The position numbers and the translations under genes are program-made. The notes below the pieces were generated by a model. That model did not search any database and was not told where the DNA came from. It saw nothing but the letters and a program-made list of their open reading frames with translations. From positions 86,762 through 150,761 of the forward strand of contig CDMY01000244.1 of assembly GCA_001179505.1 (NCBI GenBank): DNA of 64,000 nucleotides. Direction: 5' to 3'. Below, piece by piece: positions 26,601-38,290 of the stretch (position 1 is its first letter; the number at the start of each line of letters is the position of its first letter). The DNA comes from Vitrella brassicaformis CCMP3155. Taxonomy: Eukaryota > Protista > Chromerida.

Positions 26601-27261
26601 CAGACGAGAGCAAGATAGCCCGGCTGGCAGCGGCCTTGAGCAAGAGTGGCGGTGACGAGGACGAGGGAGACGAGGAGGAAATCATGGGCCCCTCGCCGTC
26701 TCCAACACCGGGTGAGCAAAGCAAGCTGCCCTGCCCATCCACATGTACTTACTGTGCTGTCGGCAGCCGCATCGCATTGATTGCCATTGGTACTTTATTC
26801 CGTGTCAGGCTCCGATGACCCCGCGCCACCTGGTGTGGAGCAGTCCCGGGCCCGGTCAGCTGCTGGCAAGAGCACCAACACAGGCGGCAGTGGCCCTCCC
26901 GCCCCGCCATTCGCCCAGTTCGCAGCCTTGTCCAAGTTGTTTGCGGAGGGCAAGGTTCCCAAGCTGCCTCCCCCCGTGCCGCCTGCCGTCTTGGCGCAGA
27001 GCATCGCCGGCAGCGACGTGGCCAAACAGATCAACGGACACAACCAAAGCAGCACCGACCTACTCAAGGTGAAGGGCTTGGGGGTGGGCAGGGCAGCCAT
27101 GGAACGAACACTGTTGGCGTGAGTAGGTGGTGGAGATGGATCTCGGGTGTGGAGAGTTTGTGTGTGTGTGTGTGTGTGCGTGCCTTCAGTTGTTGAAGAT
27201 CGCGAAGCTGCTGCCACCGCAGGGCGGGACCGGCGGGGGAGCCAGCAGCAAGACTGGATGA
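23617..27261 (+). CDS. Large low-complexity protein with Lys/Glu-rich, RS/RD-dipeptide, poly-Gln/Ala and poly-Pro tracts; possibly an RNA-processing nuclear factor
   Basis: Long exons are joined by canonical introns. RDRDRSKSRDRDRYDRRYSRSPRRERSR tract, a poly-Pro run, and stop TGA at 27259-27261. Confidence 0.7.
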
Positions 27262-27761
27262 GCCAATCCAATCACTCTGTCAGCCGACACACAAAGGACC
27301 GACTGTGTAGACAGACGGGGCGGCTAGCCGGCCGTGCCGTCACACACATTTTCGCATCCATCATGACTGAATGGGGCCGGTGTGGTGTGCGTCCATTCTC
27401 GCACGGGTTTTCTGGGTCGGTCGGTTGATTGGTCTGTCTGTCTGATGGTGTGGCCGATGGGCGGATTGGAGTGACCGTAGGTACGATGAGTGTGTCTATT
27501 TGCCCAGCGAGCGAGGCTTTTAACAGACCAGCCTGACCGTGACTGTGTCCATGAGTGCTGCGCAGTTGTGCAACCAAGCAGAACACTCACTGTCTTGGGA
27601 GAGGCATGTCACCTCGTAGCTCGCACGAGAAGCAGAAAAGAGGAATGGCAGGCGAAGAAACAGCTTTGTAGCCTACAGAGTTTGTTGGACATTTCTTTCT
27701 TCGCCGCGTTTCCGTCCATTCCCTCCCCTCCCCCTCTGGTGGGCCACAGCAGTCGGTGGCG

Positions 27762-29548
27762 ATGGCTGATCTGGAGCTGGAGGACGCGTTACGTGCCAAG
27801 AAGCGGCTGGAGGACAAGTCCAAGCCACTGGATACCGCTGATCTGCTGGCGGTGCTGCGTCAGCTGGAGAAGATCAACATGACCCTCGCCACCCTCCGGA
27901 CCACAAAGATAGGCAAGACGGTCAATGCACTCAAGCAGCACCATGACCCGGACGTCAAACGACTCAGCGCCAAGCTGGTCGTCGCCTGGAAGAAAGTCGC
28001 TGACGCAGGTGGGGTGGCTGGCTGGGAGGGACAGTCAGTGACAATCAGCCAGTCGCGTAGCGTGTGCGCCTTCGCTCCAGCCATGTGTCTGCCATGTTTG
28101 TGTTGGTTGGTTGCTTGGTTGGTTGTTCACTCAGGCAAGAGCAGCGGCGCGAGTGCAGTAGCTAAGGGTGCCGCGAGTGCAGTAGCAGTAGCTGCTGCTG
28201 CTGGTGGTGGCCCGGCCCTCTCGCCTTCGGGTCTGTCGGATTCCTCTCCGTCGCCCAACCACCAGCCTCTCCCCAATGGGGTCCCCGTTCCCCCCAGGCA
28301 GCCCGACCGGCAGCGGAGCCAGCCCAGCTCAGCATCGAGCGGCGGCATCGGCGACGCCTTCAACGAGTACCCTGGCGAGCGGTGCGGACAGCACGACAGG
28401 GACAAGGTGAGTGAGCAAGTCGACACAGACATACGAGACGCCCAGAAAGCATCGAGTGTCTGTGTGAGTTGGCGTGCAGGCGCGCGCCAAGTTGTGGAAG
28501 GCGTTGTGGGAGGGCTGTCCTGAGCACGTCAGAAGTGGCACACGCGAAGAGGCCGCACAAGTAGCCGGTAACTAAGGCAACCAATGGACAGAGAGATTGG
28601 ACGGCGGGAGGCTTCGGTTCCCCCCCCCACCCTCCCGCTGCATGTGTGTCTGTGTCTGTGTCTGTGTGTGTGACTGCCAACAGCGTCCATCGAGCGGTGT
28701 GTGTATGAGCGCTTTTTCCAGTGCCAGGAGATCGAGCGGCTGCAGCAGGAGCTCAGTGCCATGCAGCAGCTGCACGCCAATGCCATCGCACCCAATCCCA
28801 AACACGACGAGCTCATGCGCAAACTCGACAGCCATCGCGAGGAGGCCGCCAGGGCACAGAAGCCATACCTCAACCAACTCAAAGTCATCAAGTACGCCAT
28901 GCCACCACCCACACACACGCAGAGGGAGGGAGGGATGCATCACTCACAAGTTGTGAGTTTTCTTCATTCAGCTTCAACTTTGCTGACGTCAAGAACTTCG
29001 AGTTGAATGCGCGTGTCTTGTACGGCGACATCACGCCCGAGAAGCTGGCCAGGATGTCATCGCAGGACATGGCTTCTAACGACAAAAAGGCCGAACGGGA
29101 CAAACACAGACAGGTCAACTGAAATAAATGGATGCAAACCACACACCAAACCAAACCACCACACCACCTATGTGTGTGTGTGTGTGACTTTCAGGAGGCG
29201 GCCGAGGCGGCTGAGAGCGACTGGCACATGCGGAACCTGGTGCAGGCGAGCGGGACGTTCCAGTGCTTCAAGTGCAAGAAGCGACGGACCACCTTCTTCC
29301 AGCTGCAGACACGATCCTCTGACGAACCCATGACCACGTAAGTAAACCACACACACCATCCATACCATACATGTACCCGCGCTCACTCCCGAGCAGCTAG
29401 GATAGCTGCTCTGCCGAGCAGCTAGGATAGCTGCTCGGGCTGCATTGCATTGCATTGCCGTTGCTTAAGCTATCTGTGTGTCGTGGTGTGTTGCGTGTGT
29501 GGCAGTTTTGTGACGTGCCTCGAGTGCAGCAATCGGTGGAAGTTCTAA
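27762..29548 (+). CDS. TFIIS: Transcription elongation factor TFIIS
   Basis: N-terminal TFIIS domain (LRTTKIGKTVNALK...LVVAWKK), a central domain, and a Zn ribbon ([40 protein letters not shown]) with the catalytic DE intact. Confidence 0.96.
29388..29439. repeat. Tandem pair of 21-nt hairpins forming a larger inverted repeat in the last TFIIS intron
   Basis: gagcagcta-gga-tagctgctc at 29391-29411 and 29416-29436; the outer arms cccgagcagcta and tagctgctcggg are perfectly complementary. Confidence 0.85.
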
Positions 29549-30117
29549 TTACACTTTCGCGACACGGCCAGACAGACAGACAGACACAGAAAGTGGAGAC
29601 CGACAGCGTGGCCATTAGAGGGGGAGGGGGCGATTGGGGAAGGGGAGAGAAGACAGACCAGCAAGCAGGGCCTTTCTGCCCTGTGCTTGCAATGAGTGGA
29701 TGCATCCATTGGTTGTGTCCAGTCCGGGGGGGTGCGGAATGTGGCCGGCCGGCTGGCTGCTGGCATGCATGGTGGCAGGGGGCGGTGTGTCTGTCTGTCT
29801 GTCTGTATCCCTCCCTGTGTGTCTCTTCCTGCCTCAGATGGCTGACTGACGGACGGACTAACAGGGAGGGAGGGACCCCTGCGTTGTTGCAGTGGTTGGT
29901 TGACTGGCATGCATTGCATTGCATGTCTTGCATGATGAACATCTCAGAATGCCTCACTCACACGATACGATGGATGGCCATATGGCCATTCATTCATATG
30001 TGCTGTAATGTATCTAACCCATCGACGTGTCCAGATGGACGAGTCGCGTCCGCACACCCTCACTCACCGTGTCAATTACGACACTACAGCACACCACAGC
30101 ACACCACACTGCCTACC

Positions 30118-33100
30118 CTACCCCCCAGCCGCTGGCCCCCCTGCAGGCTCGCCACCCCCCTGCCCACCCCCGCCACTCCTCATGCGGCTCTCCATCTCAC
30201 TGGATGCGAACGCCGCCACGCTGGCGTCACACTCGGTGATGAGACAGTTGGGCCAGCGAGTCTGCAGCGCCGCCTCGAGCGTCACCTCGTACCGGTCGCC
30301 CTGTGCGAAGGTCTGGTCGATGTCACTCAACTCTACCAGAAACCGATGGAGAGACGGACCTGCAGGGCAGGTGGAAACATACACGGGAAGGAGGAGGACG
30401 ATAGATAGGTCAGGAATGTGAGTGGGCGGCGTGGGTGTGTCCATGTAGGCAGGTACCCTACCTGGTGGGTCTTGTCCGTCGAAGTGATAGAGTGTCATCT
30501 TGCGGGGCGGAACGGCGTCGCTGACAGCAGACGCGCCGCCAGCTGAGGTCACACACACAGGGAAAAAACGGCATCCATGCCGTCTGGTAGCATGTTGTAG
30601 TGTAGTGTAGTGTCTTGTAGTGTGTGGGAGTGCACTGGCTGACCTTGTTGTGCCCTCTCCATGACGCGTTTGGTTCGGAAGAACTCCAGGAAGTCATGCC
30701 ACAGAATGATGCTGCCGTCCTGCACCCACCGCACCCACAACCGTATACATACATGGACACAATCAACAAATATTCATGGTGAGGTGGGGTGTCCCGCCCC
30801 GTCGTCCCCTCCATCCATCCATCTCGACATCCACCTGTGTGTTTTGGACTACGTGCTTCTTGGCCTCCTCGAAGTGCTGCACCAGATCTGACAGACACGA
30901 CACACCAACACCCACCGGACAGACAGGACATCTCTCTCAACCCACATCATGATACATACAATTAACACACCCATGCTATGCCCTGCCCTGCCCTGCCCAC
31001 CCCACATCACATCCAGGCCTTCTGTACTTACTTGCAGCGGTGAGAAGTGCGAAGAGGTTGTCGCTCTTGACGAACCCAAACTGCTCGGGGTCGAACTGAC
31101 GAAACGCCTGAGTCGCATCCTGATCGACACACACCACACCACACCACACGACACGACACACGCGGATGGGCGGGGTGCGTGACACTCATCTCATCTGACT
31201 ACACATGCATGGTGAGGTGAGAGTGAGGTCCCTCCCTGGCTGGCCTGGCCCACCCACGTTTTGCATCTTGACGTTTGGCGGTAGCTTTGAGACGGTCGGG
31301 TCGAGTGAGAAGAGGGTGGTGTAGTGGTTGGGGGAGCCCAGCACCCACAGGGGGTGGATGGGGTGCTTGTAGTGCACACCCACCTCCAGGTAACGCATCG
31401 CCTCCACCTCACTCAGGTAACCAACCAACGGCTCGCGATCCACACCCCTGCAGAGGGAGGGGCATGTGACGTATGCATTGCACACACTCAGGCCGGGCCG
31501 TGTGCTCTGTGCTGCGTGACGGTGGTCTGTCTGTGTGGTTTGTTTACTTGAGGAGCATGCCGGTGCTGGGATCGTCCCCCAGGAACTTCTGGCCATCGAA
31601 GCAGTTGGAAGTGGCCTTGCCGATCAGCAACAAATTCACCAGCTCCTGCAGACAGACAGACAGACAGACAGACAGAAGGCCCAGAAGGCCCGTCAAATCT
31701 CCCAAGTCCGTGTCTGTCTGTCCTTGTAACCACCCCCCCACCTGTGAGCAGTGTCCGAATCTGCCGACCAGCGGGACTGTCGCATCGTCCATGTCACCCT
31801 TTACCTGACGCATCAATCAATCATGTGACGGGAGGCAGATGTGCCAGGGTGGATGGATTCTCTTGTTTGCCGTTGTTGCGCATGTATGTTGTGTTGTGTT
31901 GTGTTGTGTTCATTTCACCTCCTCTATGGTCCTGGTGAGAACGAGTGATAGCACCAGTGCCAGCACTGAGGGGGCGGGGCGCAGCAGGGTGTCCTGATGC
32001 TTGTGGTAGAAGGCCATCACATCCTGAACCCTCGTAAAGGAGGCTACCCTGCAGGCAATCACAGCACAGCACAGAGATGAACCAGAACGAATGTGGACGT
32101 CCACACATGGACAGTACGGAGCGAAGAAAGCCCTGTTGTATTGTGTTGTGTGATCTACCTACCATGCCTTTGCGCCAGCCATGATGATGGACACGTCAAG
32201 CTGGTCGCTCCCGCCGCCCTCTCTCGAAGCCGCCACCATCTGATATCCATGACACACACACACCGTCACACAGAGGCACCGATACGTCCGTCCGTCGCCC
32301 TGCTCACCGCCTGCATTTGTTCCGTGTCTTGGCCTTTGGGGCCCTGCAGCATGACCACCCTGTAGGCGCTCTTGGACGTGGCCTGGTAGATGAGCTGCGC
32401 GATGGCCTCGATCAGGTGACCCCACCTGTCGCTCTCGAGCCGCGGGTGGCTCGACAAACTGATGGGGTGGTCGCTGCTCGCATCGCCTGATGCTGCTGCT
32501 GCTGCTGCTGCTGCTGACGATGGTGGCTGGTGCTGCTGGCCGTGGCTAAACAGGATCTGCTTGAGTATGAAGCACTGCAGAGGTGCGAGTACGCCACATG
32601 GGCCGCCCTGCTTCTGCTTGAGTCCCCACAGAGTCCGCTCCTCACTGCTGAACTCCAAACCCTGACCCAGCCTGTAGACACAGACAGACAGACACGTACA
32701 AACAAATGGCCGCCAGGCGTATGTCAGGTATGTGCCTCTTGGTGCATACGTACGTAAGGTACATACATACCATCTGATGACGTCGTCGAGCTGTGGGTTG
32801 TTGGCTCCCTCCCCAAGGACCACCTTCATGACCTCCACCAGCTGTTGGTCCGTCAGCCTCTCCATCCCCTCAGGCACCTCACCGGTGGCAGCCGACCCCG
32901 CCCTCCCTCGGTCATCCTGGGCGCTATCGGTCGTCTTGGCCCGCTTCACAGCCGCACCGGCATCGTCCTCTGAGCCGCCCCTGGCCTGCTCAACCACCTG
33001 CTGGAAGGGCACCAGGGTGTCGTCAGGGGACTTGTCGGTCAAAGATGGCTGCTGCTGTGACCCAGTGGCACTCGCAAGAATGGCGTCGAAGTTGATGTCC

Positions 33101-33528
33101 GTCGGGGCTGCTGGCTGGGCGGATGACGATGGCTGGCTGGCCTGCTGCTGCTGTGGTGGCTGAGGTGCGCCTGGTGGGGCGGCCTTGGAGGAGGACTCTG
33201 ACTCAGCTGCACACACAACACACGGGGGAGAGGAACAGGGTCGCGAGTGAAGGTCGTTGGTCGGCAAGAGATCTCATATCGCGGTTGTATGTATCACAAT
33301 GGCTGACCTGTTTGTAGTGAGAGCTGTATTGCCCGCTGCAGCATCTCATCTTCCGTGCCCTGCTGCTCGACCACCTGCCTGATTTATGAGAAAGAAAAAC
33401 ACAAAACGGCAAGTGGTGAGTGACACCGGCTCTCTTCCCCTTGTCATTATGTCGACTGCTTACTGCTGGTTGGCCTCCTGCAGTGACAGCCGAATGGCGC
33501 GTTCGAGCTCAGCATCCTCGTCGTTCAT
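30118..33528 (-). CDS. MINDY-3/4-type (DUF4205/FAM188) deubiquitinase with two N-terminal UIM-like motifs and an EF-hand-like insert
   Basis: Catalytic Cys motif GLKQKQGGPCGVLA, then LLIGKATSNCFDG, VGYLSEVEA and His motif WVLGSPNHYTTLF. EF-hand-like AFRQFDPEQFGFV; C-terminal LYHFDG and LEAALQTRWP. Exons 1-2 encode MNDEDAELERAIRLSLQE and EDEMLQRAIQLSLQ. Confidence 0.88.
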
Positions 33529-33787
33529 CCTCGGAAGTAGTCGACGACACGCCTCAACGCCGAAAGATCTCCAACGCTTTGGCTAAGGAGGGGAGAAGAA
33601 GGTCGCAAGAAGCGAGCTCAAAAGTGCGAGCTTCAAGCGACAGATCTGCCTCGGATGGCCACGTGCGATGGCATCTGTGTTGTGTGTAGTCAAGGCTGCC
33701 TACGCAGCACTGATCCTTTGTTTTGAGATCTCTTGCACAACAGGCCTGCCGCACCATCGCATCTCGTTCATCCTCCCCCGGCCCGCT

Positions 33788-35421
33788 ATGACGCGCTGTC
33801 AACCGCTAGCTGCAGAACCATCATCGTCGGCGACGCTGCCCGCCCCGCCGGCCCCGCCGTCGACAGCCGTTGATGAGGACAGCGAGGCGAGAATGAAAGA
33901 CTACCTCGAGCAGATAGACCACTATGCGCACTTCTACTCACGTAAGTAAGCTAAGCGGCCAGTCAGTCAGCTCGATAGATGGGATGGGATGTGTGTGCAT
34001 TTATGGAGTATGTATGTATGTATGCAAGGAAGGCAAGCATGGCATCGAATGGCTGGTTAAGTCATGTGTCACACTGTGTGTGTGCTGATATCTATCAGCG
34101 TATGACAGCCCCGACTACAACATCATTCCCAACCCGATGATGAGTGCCCCGGTGGGGACCAGCCCACGGCTGATACTCATCAGGCACGGCAGATCCACCT
34201 GGAACGTCCAGGTTAGCCAACCAGAGGGAGATGATCTACACAATCCAATCACATGCGCAATAAATCCCTATTTGCGGTGCGGTGCTGCAGGGCCGCACAC
34301 AGGTCAGGTCAAGCAGTAGTGCTGTGCTCGGGGCGTGCCCCTGAAGTGGTGAGTGACATGTTTTGTTTGCAGGGCTGGGCGGATCCCCCTTTGCATGACA
34401 CAGGCCACACCGACGCACGCCGCAGTGCACTCAAGCTGCTCAAGCTGAGACCAATGGTCGAAACGGATGTCATCTTCTGCTCTACACAGGTAAAAACCTA
34501 ATGCACACGCAAATTCCCCAAAGTCGGTTCTCACTGCCTTGTCGGTCTGTTCGTCCGTGTCGCCTTCCCAGATGCGTGCACGGCAGACGACTGAGTACGT
34601 GATGGAGGTGCTGCGGACTCAACGGAGAGTCGAGTACGGAGAGGACGCCGTCGACTTCCCACTCGTATGCCGCACTGATGCAAAGCTGCCACATCTTGCT
34701 TCTTCTCTTCTCTCTCTCTCTCTCTCTCTCTCTTTCACTCCGATCTCTCAGCGTGTCAAGTACGACAACCGTCTGCGCGAGCGTCACTACGGTGCCTTCT
34801 CCGGCCACCTGAAGTCTGACAATGTGGAGCGATTCGGCGCGGAGTTGCTCGAGGAATGCCGCAAGGGCGCATTCGCCAAACCGCCATACGGTCGGTGAAG
34901 GAGACGTCACAGGGGTTCACGAATGAGACGACGCACTATGTCTGTGCAGGTGGCGAGCCATTTGTGCCGAATGGCCACGAGAGTCTGAAGGATGTGCAAG
35001 ACCGAGTGTCGCCTATGTGGAACGATGAGTTCCGTGCGCGGCTCGAGAGGGGCGAGGACGTTGTGGTGGTGGCGCACAACAACCTCATCCGCGCCCTCAT
35101 GACCTTTGTCGACCCCGAAGTGAAACTTGACAACATCTACAGGGTAAATGCAACGAACAGAGAAGAAAGTCTGTCTGTCTATCGGTCGCGTACCTCTCTC
35201 CCTCTCTCCCTGGTTGGGTTGTCTGTCTGGCTGGGTGTCTGCAGGTTCCTGCGCCCAAGCAGGACACCCCGTTGGTGTTTTTCCCCGCCGGGTGTCACGA
35301 CCCCGAGAAGTGTGGGATCCTCGAGATGGTTGACCTAGAGAGGGAGCACTACCTGTCGTTCGTTCATGAGAAGAAGGACGTCGATGAGAAACAGATCTGG
35401 CTCGATGTGCCCTACGACTGA
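33788..35421 (+). CDS. Histidine phosphatase superfamily, cofactor-dependent phosphoglycerate mutase-like
   Basis: LILIRHGRSTWNVQGRTQGWADPPL (needs the 12-nt exon 34291-34302), RARQT, RLRERHYGAFSG, ESLKDVQDRV and VVVVAHNNLIRAL. Confidence 0.88.
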
Positions 35422-35763
35422 CTGACTAGCTTGTGGTCTGTCTATTCGCCGCTGAGTGCATGTTGTGTGGTGCATAAATCGAATCGGGCAAATGTATGTA
35501 TGTGTAACTAGGGATGTATACAATGCTCGCCCGATAGACAGATCGACAGACAGAGAGTATACTGGGGTGAGGGAGGGGAGGGGATGGATGAGTTTTTGGC
35601 ATGCTGCATGTCTGTCCGTCTGTGTGTGCCATGCCGTATGGGTGAGAGACGGACATTTCTTTCTATCGTATAGGTTATGTACAAGTATGAAGTGACCTCG
35701 GTCGGTCCCAAGCATGCTTCATTCAGCACCAGACAACAGTCGCCCCACTACTCCCCTCCCCCC

Positions 35764-38108
35764 TCACACCACACGAGCACCACTTTTCTTGTTGTGAATT
35801 CTCGGCAGCTCATTCCCGCCCTCCGTACCTTCCTTCCCAGGTGGAATAATGCCCTTCCTCATGCAAGCATTCACCAAGTGCTGCTGTGCCGTCCCGGGCC
35901 TCGTCCTTCCAGGCACGCTGGTCCTGTTTGGCCTGGCCTGCCTGGCCGGCAGCCGATGACACGATGCATACCTTGATGAAGCTGTGCGTGGGGGTGTGGG
36001 CAGCCAGTGGATGTGTGACGCCCCAGTAGAGGGCCGGGAGGGGGGAGGGCCGACGGCTGCGTGGGGCAGCATCTCGAAGGGGACTGGCTGGATGTCACCT
36101 GACCGGATGAGGTCCTTGTAGTCTGCCAGCGGGACACAGCACAGCCGCCCGTTGCATAGTGCGATGGCGAAGGGGTTGGAAGGTCCCGCCTCGGCCTCCT
36201 CTCCCGCCGTATCAGGGGATGCCTCCTTCTTCTCCTCGCCAGCGGCTGGTTCCTCCGTTGCCTGCTCCTTCTCCGGCTGTGTCTCGTCGGCTGTCTTGGG
36301 GGCTTCAGCGGGGGCCGCCTGGCTCCTCTTGTCTTCAGCAGCCTCGCATTCGGTCTTGGTGGCTCCTGTGGCCGTGTCGATCCTGCCACTTTTCCACGCC
36401 TCCTCGAAAGACTCATCCAGAGGGTCGACGTCTGGATGCTCTGGGGGAGACGAAAGCGGAAAGAGACATTCATGCCATGCAAGGGTCGAGGCTAGTGCTT
36501 ATTTACTTACCCAAGAGCCACTGCAAAGCGGAGGCACGCGCACAAACGAGGAAAAGAGGAACACACGGGAAAGGATGCATTAGAGAGGAAGCCAGATAGA
36601 TGGATGGACGGTGTTGGTTACCTACCTTCCAGTCTACGAGCTGGAATACAGGCTGCGATTTGGCCCGCTCCATTTGCCGCTGGTTGATGTCATCCCACAG
36701 CATTTTGTTCCTGAAGGACAAGTTGCCAGCCAACTCAACACCGATTCAGGCATGGGCCTCCCTCCATTGCTCGCCGCCCGACTGGCTCACCTCTGCTCGT
36801 TCGGGATTGTCCCTGCCATCACACGAGCTGCAAACAGACAGGGGGACCGGCATACGTGTCTGCCGTTTCTTGATGACACTGTGTGTGTGAGATGGATTAC
36901 CTGAGTTGTCCTTGTGTCGCTCTTTGCCCATGTTGGTCCTCGGCCGCGGGGTCCATCGGGTGGCAGAGGTGAACTCCTGCATGCACATACGCGCAAATAT
37001 GTCGGTCTGGTTCTTCAACCAGTCTTACATGCATACCTCTGTGTAGTGCGGCGTGCCCTCGAATCTCAATCCTGTCGCGCTGGGGATGTATATCGGCCGC
37101 ATCGACTCACCACTGAACGCCACACACATACAGGGCAGGCGATGATGCAGCTGACACACGAAGGGGCCTACTGTATGTCTCGCAGAGGGAGGGGCCTGTA
37201 CGTCTCGTGTGTCTCCGATATGAGCCGCATCAGGTGGGCGTCGTCACTCACGTGTTTTTCCTGGATCGGCTTATAGGACTCTGCACACACGGCGGATTGA
37301 CGCAATCCATGCACGGGTGCGTGTCCCCTGCTGACCTGGTGGTCTGAACGAGACATAGGGTGTGTAGGCAGCGCGATGAGTCGTCCGCTCCTGAAACCGC
37401 AAATGGTAGAGTAGACACCCCAGCCAGTCTCCAAAGGCGCCATCGTCTTTCTGCCGTGGCTTTTTCATTGCACCATGTCGATGGTATGTACTTACATCAA
37501 GCTTGTATTTGTCTCTGCGATGCATCGGATTGGACTTGGGCGGAGCAAAAATCTGTGCCAGCTCCTGCAGCGCCAGTCACCCTCCATCCATCCGATGGTT
37601 GACCGCCTGTCTGTGTTCCCTCCCTGTCTGTCTCCCCAGTTACCTTGTTGACGGCCACGCCATCCAGTGGCAGCTCCGTGTAGTCCATGGCGTACCGACA
37701 CATATTCCTCGCCCAGAAAGGCGCCACATTCTTGCTGCCCCTCCACTTCAGTTTGTAGTCATGGATATCCGTGCAGCTCTTGCCCCTGTAGCCGGCCTTA
37801 GCGACGGGATCCAGCCCCGGGAACTGGGTGGCGGTGCTGGTGGTGAAGAACAGCAGTCTCCTCACCTCTGGCGGCAGCTGGGGGAGACGCAACCGCAGTG
37901 CAAATGGACAGTGAAATGAAGCAGATGCGGTCGACTGACCTTGGAGTGGGATGCAGGAATGAACCCGACCGAACGCAACAGCTCTTCCTTGAGTTGTCGG
38001 TTCAGCGGCACCTGCACGCACCTGTGAATCGGCATCCTCTTCTCGCTCCGTTTTGCCTCGGATTCTTACCTTGCCGCTGACGTTTGTCGTGCTTCTGCTT
38101 CTTTTCAT
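35764..38108 (-). CDS. Hypothetical multi-exon protein with short T-x-x-(R/H)-x-x-Y-like repeats and an acidic region; possibly a flagellar microtubule-associated protein
   Basis: Chain of short exons with canonical splice sites (MKRSRSTTNVSGK / VPLNRQLKEELL / ...ERTTHRAAYTPY / GTPHYTEEF / NKMLWDDINQRQ / NPFAIALCNGRLCCVPLADYKDLIRFIK). The 3' end is uncertain and this could be two genes. Confidence 0.5.
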
Positions 38109-38130
38109 CTTTCCCCCTGTTGACGTCGGA

Positions 38131-38160
38131 ACCCTTGACCCCAACCCTAACCCTAAGCCC
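38131..38160 (+). promoter_or_regulatory. Telomere-like CCCTAA motifs in a divergent promoter
   Basis: acccttgaccccaaccctaaccctaagccc lies between the ATGs at 38108 (-) and 38291 (+). Confidence 0.45.
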
Positions 38161-38290
38161 CACGCTCGCACAGGGAGCAATCACAATCAATTGACTTACA
38201 CCTGCATCTGAGCGCCTTCGAATGGCATTGATCTGAGCTCCGTTTCCAGCGAACCGCAATGGATAGAATTGTGTGACCTTCCGCAACGCA

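Noticed and set aside
29455-30408. 317-aa plus-strand ORF
   Set aside because: Runs through the TFIIS 3' UTR, microsatellites and the antisense of the MINDY last exon; no domain signal.
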